This document shows, piece after piece, positions 28,701 through 38,205 of a stretch of DNA of 64,000 nucleotides. Under the pieces are notes generated by a model that was not told the DNA's origin, did not search any database, and saw only the letters and a list, made by a program, of their open reading frames with translations. The translations under genes and the position numbers were made by a program. This DNA is from a virus. Lineage: Duplodnaviria > Caudoviricetes. Within the stretch, counting starts at the first letter, position 1, and each line of letters starts with the position of its first letter. The stretch lies in IMG/VR virus record IMGVR_UViG_3300042294_003246, one strand, 5' to 3'.

Positions 28701-29387
28701 ATGGGTATAAAAAAAGGGGCGTCTCCTGCACAAATAATCGAAATCATAGAAAATTTAATTAATTTAGGTCTGAATATTAATTCACGAGAATTCAAAGACA
28801 AAGTTATTTACGAATATAATAAGATTTTTTCTAAAAATTCCAAAGATACTATTATCGCAAATCTTAGAGAGGATGCTTTAATAAATTTCCAAGAAGACAG
28901 AGTTATTGTTAAATTACCACAGGATACTACTAAAGTCGATTTAATGGCGGTAAAGATCATTGATGGTATTGTTGACATTAGAGTTTCACAACAAAAAGGT
29001 AATGATGCGTCTTTTAACACTTCCTCATTGTATAGCACACTTAAAGGTTTAAATGATTTCATAAATCAAGATAAAGTATCTAATTATTTTCATTTGTTAC
29101 CTAATCATCTTAATCCTAACTTAAATGGATTACCATATAAAGTAGACGTTGTTATTGGCATGATTTTAGCCTGCGGGGATGGTGTTAAAGGTAATGTTAA
29201 TGTGGTCACAAATAATAAATATTTAGAGTATATGGGTATATTAAATACTGATATTTGTGAAGTTGATTATTGGGTTCACAAAGAATTTAAAAAAAGAGAG
29301 CATGCATATTCGGCTATTGATAAATGTCATAATTTTGATATTATTTATAATAAATGTATTGATATTATTTTAAATCATGGAAATTAA
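28701..29387 (+). CDS. Putative restriction endonuclease-like protein
   Basis: KVDLMAV...IRVSQQKGN resembles a PD-(D/E)xK variant; overlaps the MTase start. Confidence 0.45.
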   Translation: MGIKKGASPAQIIEIIENLINLGLNINSREFKDKVIYEYNKIFSKNSKDTIIANLREDALINFQEDRVIVKLPQDTTKVDLMAVKIIDGIVDIRVSQQKGNDASFNTSSLYSTLKGLNDFINQDKVSNYFHLLPNHLNPNLNGLPYKVDVVIGMILACGDGVKGNVNVVTNNKYLEYMGILNTDICEVDYWVHKEFKKREHAYSAIDKCHNFDIIYNKCIDIILNHGN

Positions 29388-30195
29388 TAAAACTTATAAC
29401 GAGAGTTGTTTAAAAACAATGGGTTCTATGGCCAATAATTTTATCGACTTAACAATCACATCACCACCTTATGATGAAATAAGAAATTATAATAAAAAGG
29501 TTGGTAAATTAAGTAATGAATTTAACGGATACTCATTCCCATTCGAAGATATTGCAAATGAGCTGTATAGAGTAACTAAAAAAGGGGGAGTTGTTGTTTG
29601 GGTGGTTAATGATAGCATGATTGATGGTTCAGAATCTTTAAACTCATTTAGACAAGCACTTTATTTCAAAGAGATTGGATTTAAAGTTCATGATACGATG
29701 ATATATAGGAAATTAAACCCTATGCCTAATGCTGGTATAAGATATCAACAGATGTTTGAGTATATGTTTGTCTTCTCTAAAGGCAAACCTAAAACGACTA
29801 ACATAGAATTACGGGAAAGAAGTAATAAATGTAATGACAAACGAGTTTATAGAAAGAAAAAGTTTTCAAGGAATCAAGATGGAGATTTTAATCAAAATGA
29901 TTATTTTGTTAAAGAAATGGTGCCTGATTACAATATATGGGATTTTTATGTTGGTGGTGGAAATAGCACTCATGATAAGGTCGCATTCGAACACCCCGCA
30001 ATATTTCCTGAAGAGTTAGTAAGGAGACACATAATTAGTTGGTCAAATGAAGGTGATTTAATATATGACCCGTTTATGGGTAGTGGAACCACCTCTAAAA
30101 TGTCAATTTTAAACAATAGAAATTATATAGGGTCAGAATTATCTGAAGAGTATTGTGAAATAGAAAGAAAAAGATTATCGTTAATTGGTAAATAA
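29377..30195 (+). CDS. DNA N4-C/N6-A methyltransferase (beta class)
   Basis: ITSPPY precedes HPAIFPEEL and DPFMGSGTT; YIGSELSEEY. Confidence 0.92.
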   Translation: MEINKTYNESCLKTMGSMANNFIDLTITSPPYDEIRNYNKKVGKLSNEFNGYSFPFEDIANELYRVTKKGGVVVWVVNDSMIDGSESLNSFRQALYFKEIGFKVHDTMIYRKLNPMPNAGIRYQQMFEYMFVFSKGKPKTTNIELRERSNKCNDKRVYRKKKFSRNQDGDFNQNDYFVKEMVPDYNIWDFYVGGGNSTHDKVAFEHPAIFPEELVRRHIISWSNEGDLIYDPFMGSGTTSKMSILNNRNYIGSELSEEYCEIERKRLSLIGK

Positions 30196-30266
30196 TACAA
30201 TATATTATGGTATGATACAAAACTAAATGTTGAGTTTTATAATTAAACAAAAAGAATAAATAATTC

Positions 30267-30303
30267 AATCCTCCGTTTGTTTTAATGGGGGATTTTTTAT
30301 ATA
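30267..30303 (+). repeat. 37-bp direct repeat, copy 2 (terminator plus promoter)
   Basis: Identical to 28642-28678. Confidence 0.9.
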
Positions 30304-30311
30304 ATTAAGTT

Positions 30312-31004
30312 ATGAAAGTTTTAGTGTTAGGTAATGGAAAATTAGGTCAAGAGATCATCAACCAAACAGGGTGGGATTTTTTATCAAGAAAGAAAGATAA
30401 TATTGATATCACAACGTTTGATGAATGGATTTATAAACTACAAGGATATGACGTGATTCTTAATTGTATTGCAAACACAAATACATATTCAGATGATTAT
30501 GAATCGGTCATTAAAGACAATTATGAGTTTGTTACGTATTTGGTTACGTTCTGTAATGAAGCGGGATCAAAACTAATTCATATATCAACAGATTATGTTT
30601 ATGCGAGATCACAAAAAAATGCTAACGAGAACAGTGTTCCAGCACCTGACAACACTTGGTATAGTTTATCTAAAGTTTTGGCTGATGAACATATTAGATT
30701 ATTCTCCAAAGATTATTTAATATGTAGATTGTCTCATAAACCAAAACCATTCCCATATGATTCAGCATGGACTGATGTGGTAACAAATGCTGACTACACA
30801 GACGTTATATCTTCATTGGTAATAGAACTAATTAAAAAAGACGCAAAAGGTTTATACAATGTAGGAACGGATCAAAAAACGATATATGATTTAGCCAAAC
30901 AAACAAATCCAAATGTAAAAGAATCATTGGCACCTACACATATACCTAAAAATGTTACAATGGATTTAACAAAGATGAAAAAGTTTTTATCTATGGTAAG
31001 TTAA
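30312..31004 (+). CDS. RmlD-like dTDP-4-dehydrorhamnose reductase / NAD(P)-dependent SDR
   Basis: MKVLVLGNGKLG, LIHISTDYVY, YSLSK, GLYNVG. Confidence 0.8.
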   Translation: MKVLVLGNGKLGQEIINQTGWDFLSRKKDNIDITTFDEWIYKLQGYDVILNCIANTNTYSDDYESVIKDNYEFVTYLVTFCNEAGSKLIHISTDYVYARSQKNANENSVPAPDNTWYSLSKVLADEHIRLFSKDYLICRLSHKPKPFPYDSAWTDVVTNADYTDVISSLVIELIKKDAKGLYNVGTDQKTIYDLAKQTNPNVKESLAPTHIPKNVTMDLTKMKKFLSMVS

Positions 31005-31053
31005 AGAGTGTAGGATAAAGTGGGGGAATATGAGTATCTTTAAATAAAAAACA

Positions 31054-31569
31054 ATGAAAAATCTATTATTGACATTTATCCTTGTTCTTATGTCTTTTAT
31101 GACATTTTCACAAGTTCCTGCAAACATTTATATCTCCAATCAAAATGAATGCCTTTACGGATTAACCAATACTTATGTTTCAGAAGTAGGATCTGGCAGT
31201 ATGATACCTACATCTATTGATAGTATGCAATCTCAAAATGTTCATCATTATATTATTGATGTTCCAGTTTCGAACAATGGAGTTGCGTTTTATCCTATCA
31301 CAGTAACAGTTTGTTTGTATGTAGGTGCAACACAAGAACCATTCCCACCCCAAACACCACAATGTTTTACACAAACAACAAATTTCACAATCTTTATTAA
31401 CTTTGTTGTTGATTGTTCAGTATTAGAACTTAATGAAGTAACGGTAAATAAAAAAGAAATTGTAAAGGTTGTAGATTTTATGGGAAGAGAAACAACTACT
31501 ATGTTTAATCAACCAATGATCTATGTTTATAGTGATGGATCAAAAGAGATAAGGTATATTAACGAGTAA
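31054..31569 (+). CDS. Secreted protein with T9SS type A-like C-terminal domain
   Basis: Signal peptide; C-terminal KEIVKVVDFMGRE...MIYVYSDGSKEIRYINE. Confidence 0.65.
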   Translation: MKNLLLTFILVLMSFMTFSQVPANIYISNQNECLYGLTNTYVSEVGSGSMIPTSIDSMQSQNVHHYIIDVPVSNNGVAFYPITVTVCLYVGATQEPFPPQTPQCFTQTTNFTIFINFVVDCSVLELNEVTVNKKEIVKVVDFMGRETTTMFNQPMIYVYSDGSKEIRYINE

Positions 31570-31594
31570 TAATATAATTCATTCACTCACTACA

Positions 31595-31625
31595 AAAGGG
31601 AGACTCCATACGGGTCTCCTTTTTT
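31595..31625 (+). terminator. Intrinsic terminator
   Basis: GGAGAC-TCCATACGG-GTCTCC followed by TTTTTT. Confidence 0.7.
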
Positions 31626-32384
31626 CATTCATTCATGTATTATATTATTACATTTCTATATAGGATATGTCCCACTAATTACCACATATATTAAACAGTA
31701 ATGTAATCCCCCCACTAAATGAAAGACCCCCATTTATAAGTGACACAATTAAAGAAGACGTTATGGTGATCAGTTTATTGGTGATTTCACAAATGGGGAA
31801 CAAAGTTCCCCCACTTATTACCACCAACTTTAGTAGATCAAAGAGTAATCCTAGATGAGGTGTTCACTACAGATTAATGTTCAGTGGCACTCCACTGGCG
31901 TGTCGGTCTACGATGCTGAACACAGGGAAATAATGAACAGTTAAGTAGATTATTTACAAGTCTAAATAATGTGTCTATTATTAGGGGGTCGAATGTTAAG
32001 TTGGATCTAAGTAAAACACTAAAGTGGTCGTTGAAGTTATATATAATATACCATTCTAACGTCCTAAAGGACTGTCCACGCTTCTTGTTCTTTAACTATA
32101 CTTTTTTAGCTGGAAAATATAAGTAGTTAAAAAAGTGGTCCTGTAGGGGTCAAGAGAGGGGATTTTTTCACTCTCAGTATAGCAACAGGACCAATAATGG
32201 TGGTAGAAAGTGGTAATGAATTGTGGGAGTTTGTGGTATAAAAGTGGGTGAGGGGATTGTGTTGTGAAGCGAGCAAGACTGACTTTTTGTCATTTCCAAA
32301 TTTTTTAACATAAAGTTATTAACAAAAATCCCCTCTGTTGATAACTTAATGAGTATTTATAATATAAAATATTATTAAAAAGTT

Positions 32385-33005
32385 ATGGATAAAATATGCA
32401 CCATATGTGAGTTAAATAAAAATATTGACGAATTTCTCAAGTGTGATCCTTGTAAAGATGGTTATAGAAATCAATGTAAAGATTGTATCAAAAATAGGAA
32501 CATTAAATGGAGAGAGGAAAACCCCGAATACCATAGAGATTGGGTCTCAAACAATAAGGAGAAAGACACACTCAGAAAAAAAATTCATTATGAATTAAAT
32601 AGGGAAAAATACATACAAAATAGTAATGACTATAGAAAGAATAATAAAGATAGAGTAAATAAGGTTGTGTCTGATTACAGGAAAAAAAGATTCACTGAGG
32701 ATGAGGTTTTTAAATTAACATTTACTGTGCGAAGTAGAATACGTAATTTTTTAAAATTATCGGGGGGGATTAAAAAAGACACAACATTTGATTTAATTGG
32801 GTGTTCCCCAACAGAATTAGTAAAACATATTGAGGATAAGTTTACAGATGGGATGACATGGGATAATCATGGTGAATGGCATATCGATCATATAATACCT
32901 TTATCTTCCGCTAAAAATTACGATGAACTTAAAAAACTATCACACTACACTAATCTACAACCATTATGGGCTAAAGATAATTTAACTAAGAGTAATAAAC
33001 TATGA
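32385..33005 (+). CDS. HNH endonuclease with N-terminal Cys4 motif
   Basis: CTIC...CKDC; GMTWDNHGEWHIDHIIPLS...HYTNLQPLWAKDNLTK; TATTTATA at 32354-32361. Confidence 0.85.
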   Translation: MDKICTICELNKNIDEFLKCDPCKDGYRNQCKDCIKNRNIKWREENPEYHRDWVSNNKEKDTLRKKIHYELNREKYIQNSNDYRKNNKDRVNKVVSDYRKKRFTEDEVFKLTFTVRSRIRNFLKLSGGIKKDTTFDLIGCSPTELVKHIEDKFTDGMTWDNHGEWHIDHIIPLSSAKNYDELKKLSHYTNLQPLWAKDNLTKSNKL

Positions 33006-33310
33006 TACAACTAATAGACAAATTCGAAACAACTGTAAGTGAAAATAATGGTTCCATAATGGTCAATTATAGATATGACACTCTGTCACTCGACTCAGAG
33101 TCTCGGTCTGTGACGGGAACTTGTGAATATAGAATAATTGAGGTCAATAACAGGTTTCAACAAAAAGCATGGTTACTTATCAACACAGACATGGCAGACG
33201 TTATTGAATTCATTCATTCCAATTCCCCATTAAGTGATGACGATTTAATGACGGTTAATAAACTTATAAGAGATCACTCACTTCTTAGGGTTCAAGATCT
33301 TCATCGGTAA
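33002..33310 (+). CDS. Hypothetical protein
   Basis: 102-aa ORF overlapping the HNH stop by ATGA-type coupling. Confidence 0.5.
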   Translation: MIQLIDKFETTVSENNGSIMVNYRYDTLSLDSESRSVTGTCEYRIIEVNNRFQQKAWLLINTDMADVIEFIHSNSPLSDDDLMTVNKLIRDHSLLRVQDLHR

Positions 33311-33449
33311 CAATATGTTTTTTCAACCATAGCGAAACCTTTGAGTTGGGGAACTTGGAAACCATAACAATGGAAAAGATCATTCCAATAAAAAGGGGGA
33401 CAAAAAAGATGGAGACAACAATCCCCAAGTAATATAGAATATCAATCAT
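33285..33449 (-). CDS. Small membrane protein (54 aa, below ORF-track cutoff)
   Basis: Manual translation MIDILYYLGIVVSIFFVPLFIGMIFSIVMVSKFPNSKVSLWLKKHIVTDEDLEP; promoter TTTG-N20-TATATTTA at 33457-33488 (minus). Confidence 0.6.
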   Translation of the reverse strand: MIDILYYLGIVVSIFFVPLFIGMIFSIVMVSKFPNSKVSLWLKKHIVTDEDLEP

Positions 33450-33591
33450 AATAATATAAATATACGAATATTATTTCACACCATCAAATTAAATATTGGG
33501 GGATCAATAATAATATATTAGTGCAGATTGGAGTCTACACTCCAAGAGGTGTTTCTCCCCCAGCCCGAATATGTGATCATCACCTTCAATA

Positions 33592-33623
33592 CAAAGATAG
33601 AAATTTATTTTGACATAAACAAA
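33592..33623 (-). promoter_or_regulatory. Bacteroidota primary-sigma promoter
   Basis: TTTG-N20-TATCTTTG on the minus strand. Confidence 0.75.
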
Positions 33624-33917
33624 TAAACCATTGATCTTTTTTAAAAGAATAATATATTTATAATAAGAATCTTATTTTCCCCACAGTTGGGAATTAGTTA
33701 ATCAATGATCCAAGTGACATGTAAAGATTAAGATGAGGTTTAAAACAAATAAGACATACGAACTTCTAACGAGGGGTTCTTTAATCTAATCTCTTTCTAA
33801 TAGGTGGGGAATTTTTTTATGCTTGTATGTTTCTAAACTATAAGGCAGGATGGAGTCTACTCGGTCCCCCTCGTTAATGAAGGTTACAATACTCAACTGA
33901 CGTATCGGTCTATGACA

Positions 33918-33949
33918 CAAAGGTAGTGAAAAAAAATGAGATGATCAAA
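33918..33949 (-). promoter_or_regulatory. Bacteroidota primary-sigma promoter
   Basis: TTTG-N20-TACCTTTG on the minus strand. Confidence 0.75.
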
Positions 33950-34292
33950 TAACGGATCACTTAATTGTCAATTAAAGTTATTAACAAACCACTCCCTCCC
34001 TTCTTCTTTGGCATGGGCCCCTACCTTATTATATACCCCCTCCCCCCTACCGTATTCCCCCCATAAGTGACATTCTGTCAGGGGAAAGGGGGGTTCAATC
34101 CCCTCTATAAAGTATTCGTAAAAAAATTTCTGGAAAAAAATTGATATTTTTCCCTATGTCTTATTAAGGGTGGAGGTTTTCTAAAACACGACCCCCCTTT
34201 TTGAAAAAAGGTCATATATACTAAAAAAAATTTTTAGAATTTTATGGGAAAAATTGACCCCTATTTATGTTATATCTATATATTTAAGTTAT

Positions 34293-34916
34293 ATGGAAAA
34301 TAGAAAATGTGTTGATTGTAAAGAGTCTAAACTTAAATGTGATTTCTATGTTAAGAATATAAAGTCGGGGACATTACAGAGTTATTGTAAAATGTGTTCA
34401 AACATACGAAGAAGAAAAAGAGATAAAATATTTAGATCTAAAAACCTACATAAAAGAACACCAAATAAAATAGAGTGTTTAACGACTTGTAGTTGTTGTG
34501 GTGAAAGAAAAATTACAACTGAAAACTTCCGTATTCAAACAAACGGGATTAATTATGAAAAGGTTTGTAAGTCCTGTAAAAATGTTAAAAGAAAAGAAAG
34601 AATGGATAATGACCCAATCTTTAAATTCAAAATTCGTCTTAGAAAAACAATAAAGGAATCCGTAAAAAGAAGGGGTTATACAAAAAAATCAAAAACCTAT
34701 GATATATTGGGAATTGATTTTATGGGTTTCAGAGCTCACATTGAGAATTTATTCTTGGAGGGGATGACTTGGGATAATCACGGGGAATGGCACTATGATC
34801 ACATTATTCCATTGTCAACTGCCACCACTTATGAGGAGGTCATTAAATTAAATCATTATACTAACTTCCAACCCCTATGGGCTGAAGATAATCTAAAGAA
34901 AGGATCTAAATTTTAA
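34293..34916 (+). CDS. HNH endonuclease, paralog of 32385
   Basis: Two CxxC pairs; GMTWDNHGEWHYDHIIPLS...HYTNFQPLWAEDNLKK; likely start ATG 34293. Confidence 0.85.
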   Translation: MENRKCVDCKESKLKCDFYVKNIKSGTLQSYCKMCSNIRRRKRDKIFRSKNLHKRTPNKIECLTTCSCCGERKITTENFRIQTNGINYEKVCKSCKNVKRKERMDNDPIFKFKIRLRKTIKESVKRRGYTKKSKTYDILGIDFMGFRAHIENLFLEGMTWDNHGEWHYDHIIPLSTATTYEEVIKLNHYTNFQPLWAEDNLKKGSKF

Positions 34917-34981
34917 TTCTCCCTCCTTTTAAAGAGGGGGGGTTTTATTTTATCATATATTTATTACTAAAGAATTTTATT

Positions 34982-35473
34982 ATGAAAAAAATTGTATCTA
35001 TTACTGAATCACAACTAACCAATATAATTAAACAAGTTCTCAAAGAAAATGAAACAAAAGATAGTTTAATTGATATGATCAAAGAAGATGGGTGGAAAGA
35101 ATCATCCGGAATGGTTGGGGGTTCAGATAACTTAAAAAAATTGTCTGGTATTGATACCCCAATGAAATACCTTAGTTTATTCAACGACTTAAATAGTATG
35201 ACCGATGAATTAAGACCTACTTGGAAAATGTTTTTTTATCATGAAAATAAACCAACTATGATGTTAATTTCAAATAAAGAAGAAAACAAGGTCTATATGA
35301 ATATCGGGTTTATGGATCAATTTTTAAGGGCCTTTAATTTAGATCTTAATGAATCTAGAGAATATATTAAAGATTGGTTGTTAAACTCTTATGATTATGA
35401 CGTAGATACTTCAAATATTATTATGAGAAGAGGTTACCCATTTAATAATTTTAGAAGTGAGAGTATGACATAA
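34982..35473 (+). CDS. MKKIV-TESQL leader family protein
   Basis: MKKIVSITESQLTNIIKQVLKEN; TATTTAT at 34958-34964. Confidence 0.75.
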   Translation: MKKIVSITESQLTNIIKQVLKENETKDSLIDMIKEDGWKESSGMVGGSDNLKKLSGIDTPMKYLSLFNDLNSMTDELRPTWKMFFYHENKPTMMLISNKEENKVYMNIGFMDQFLRAFNLDLNESREYIKDWLLNSYDYDVDTSNIIMRRGYPFNNFRSESMT

Positions 35474-35574
35474 TAATATTTTTTTATTTAACTAATAATT
35501 TTTAATCCAAAATAAATTATATCCCCCATCTCTCAACAGTTGGGGTTTTTTATTTTCCATTATATTTATCTAAT

Positions 35575-35994
35575 ATGAAAATCATTATAACTGAAGATCA
35601 ATACGGACAATTAACTAACCTCGTTAAACGAGTGATTCGTGAAAATGACTCTATGTTAGAAAAAAACAAAAAGTTTTTAAAAAACAAGTTGGGTATTGAT
35701 TTTACAAATGTCATTCAACAAATAACCTCAACTTATGATATTCCAATGGAATTTGCTGGATATATTTCACCTGGATTGATTAATCGTTATTTAAACAAAT
35801 ATGGACCTATGTATCTTTTTGAACTTGACGGGAAAAAATATCTTTATTTAGATGTGGGGGATCATGAGAAGTTTATTGATGAGAATGGAAATATATATAT
35901 TGAAAATGAAATACCCGAACAACTTGGAATCGCAATAATGGGTTTAAGATTCTCAGATATTATTGATCTGTATTTTAAAGAAGAGGATTTCTAA
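35575..35994 (+). CDS. Leader family protein (hybrid leader)
   Basis: MKIIITEDQYGQLTNLVKRVIREN; TATTTAT at 35563-35569. Confidence 0.75.
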   Translation: MKIIITEDQYGQLTNLVKRVIRENDSMLEKNKKFLKNKLGIDFTNVIQQITSTYDIPMEFAGYISPGLINRYLNKYGPMYLFELDGKKYLYLDVGDHEKFIDENGNIYIENEIPEQLGIAIMGLRFSDIIDLYFKEEDF

Positions 35995-36097
35995 AACAAG
36001 ACCCCCCTTTTTAAAAAGAACTGAAATCTTAAAAAAAAAATTTTGAAAAAATTTCCCTTAATTTGATTAGTGGATTTATTTAAATTACATTTTTATT

Positions 36098-36682
36098 ATG
36101 AATCACAACTTGAATTTTGAAATGAAACTTAGAGATGAGTATGCTACTCATGTGATGAGTCATACCTATAGTTCTTATTCTGAGTTTAAATTAATACAGG
36201 AGGAAGAAAAACTTAGATACCTTATCCATAGAAAATATCTTAAGTTGTTGGGTAAGTTTATTGAATCTACTTACCCTGGTTTGAAGTTTGATGTTTTTAT
36301 TAGACACCGAGATCCAAAGATTAAAAATCCTCAGTGGTATGGTCAAACCTATATGGAACTTAGAATCTATGATATAATTTCTTTACCCTCTTATGCTCCA
36401 CAAACATTTTCTCAAGTGTATAAAACCCCACATTATAATGGGTATATCGGAGGTGAGGAAATATATAATGAAATTGAGAATTTTATTTCTGAACTAAATA
36501 AACATATTTTAATCACTTTTAGACCTCTTATTTCCCCACATACACCCATTCATAATATTGATATGTTTGATCCTAAACCATTTGAATGTTGGGGGGAATA
36601 TTTTGCTCGTGAATACCATAGAGCCGCAATATCTTCTAGTTACCAAGACAATTGGATCCATCCTGATAGATTTGGTTTGTAG
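36098..36682 (+). CDS. Hypothetical protein
   Basis: 194-aa ORF. Confidence 0.6.
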   Translation: MNHNLNFEMKLRDEYATHVMSHTYSSYSEFKLIQEEEKLRYLIHRKYLKLLGKFIESTYPGLKFDVFIRHRDPKIKNPQWYGQTYMELRIYDIISLPSYAPQTFSQVYKTPHYNGYIGGEEIYNEIENFISELNKHILITFRPLISPHTPIHNIDMFDPKPFECWGEYFAREYHRAAISSSYQDNWIHPDRFGL

Positions 36683-36697
36683 TAGTATTTATAGAGT

Positions 36698-37147
36698 ATG
36701 AAAATAATCATCTCTAAAGATCAGTATAGAAGAGTTCTTTTAAAATTCCTTGATAGTTTTATTAAAGGTTTCGATGTGGATCCTTACGAAGAAGAAAGTT
36801 CGTATAGAAATGTTAAAACTTCTGATGGAGATGACTTTGCAACTCTTTGGCATGATGAGCCAATTACTAAGGGGTGTAAAAGAGAATTATCATTAGATAA
36901 CCAATTTACTAATGATTTTGAAAGTTTTATTCCCATTAATAGAAAAAAAGTTTTTTCAGAAGTAGTTCTTGAATATTTCACATCAAAAACGGGTATCAAA
37001 TGTGATTGTGTTGAGTTTAGTTATTTTACAGGAAAATATAAAGAATTAGAAAGGTATGATGATGATTCAGATGAGGTAATCTCCTATACTGATAAAGAAT
37101 TCGATCACTACCATTATAAAAAACCTAAAAGATCTAAAAAACGATAA
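36698..37147 (+). CDS. MKIIIS-leader family protein
   Basis: MKIIISKDQY; TATTTATA at 36686-36693. Confidence 0.7.
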   Translation: MKIIISKDQYRRVLLKFLDSFIKGFDVDPYEEESSYRNVKTSDGDDFATLWHDEPITKGCKRELSLDNQFTNDFESFIPINRKKVFSEVVLEYFTSKTGIKCDCVEFSYFTGKYKELERYDDDSDEVISYTDKEFDHYHYKKPKRSKKR

Positions 37148-37486
37148 TTCTTCCTTTTAAATGGGGGCCATATACCGCGGATCCCGACTTCGTCGGTTTT
37201 TTTTTACCGACCGAACCCTTCGGGTTTTATTTTGTCTTATATAATGTCTTACTTAATAGATCACTTAAAAAAAGGGTCGGTTTTTATTTGTTGATATATT
37301 TAAAATTGTATGTCAAAAATAATAAACAAACCAAAAATAAGGGAATTCTATTCTTCGGGGATCTCAGAAGATACACTTAAGTTTAAGAAATTCAAAAAAG
37401 TTATTAAACCCTCCGATAAGAAAAATGAGACAACCACAAAATAAACCTTTTTTTTCTTTTGACTATATTTATAATTAAAGTTCATT

Positions 37487-38173
37487 ATGAAAAAAATCGT
37501 TAGATTGAGTGAGTCAGATTTAACAAGAGTAGTTAGACGTGTAATAAACGAAGGGTTTTCAGATATCGATTGGACAAACATTTGGTTAAAATTAAGAAGA
37601 CTTTCTGAAAGTTTTCATTATCCTAATGATGACGGAATCATTTTTTCTTATGGGGGACTAGATTTTGAAATTTCAAAAGATGGGGATAGTTTGCATCTTA
37701 TGGAATTTTATAGAAACCCAAGAGAGTGGGACTCAAAATATAGAGATGGAGAAGAAGTTTTGGAAAATTATTTTAATAAAATAAAAAAATTTGTTGACGA
37801 GTTTAATGATAAATATGATTTCCCTTTTGAACTTATGTTTGAAATGGGACCACGATTTGAAATGATATTCTATTGTAATTTTGAAAATAATCTATATGAG
37901 TCAAATATTACGTCGTCCGTTATTTCGATTTTAAACGAAGATCGTAGTAAAACAATTACAAAACCTAGTGGATTTGATAACTATAATAAAAAATGTAAAA
38001 ATAAAACCAAAGGGATTTTTGACATTGTTTTAAATAAGGTTAGATTTTCATGTATGACAAGTGAGGATAATACAAACTCATTTAATTCACGTGAATCAAA
38101 TCCTTTTACGGGAAAAACCAGAGGAAATTATAATGTTAATGGAAATAATATTACATTATCAACCACCTTATAA
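37487..38173 (+). CDS. MKKIVRLSESDL leader two-module protein
   Basis: MKKIVRLSESDLTRVVRRVINEG; internal NLYES...ILNED; TATTTATA at 37466-37473. Confidence 0.75.
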   Translation: MKKIVRLSESDLTRVVRRVINEGFSDIDWTNIWLKLRRLSESFHYPNDDGIIFSYGGLDFEISKDGDSLHLMEFYRNPREWDSKYRDGEEVLENYFNKIKKFVDEFNDKYDFPFELMFEMGPRFEMIFYCNFENNLYESNITSSVISILNEDRSKTITKPSGFDNYNKKCKNKTKGIFDIVLNKVRFSCMTSEDNTNSFNSRESNPFTGKTRGNYNVNGNNITLSTTL

Positions 38174-38205
38174 TTTATAATAATATTTATAATTAAACAA
38201 TTAGT

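Noticed and set aside
32385-34916. The HNH genes as intron-encoded (group I/II intron) endonucleases
   Set aside because: No interrupted host gene flanks them and each has its own TATTTA-type upstream motif, so they appear free-standing.
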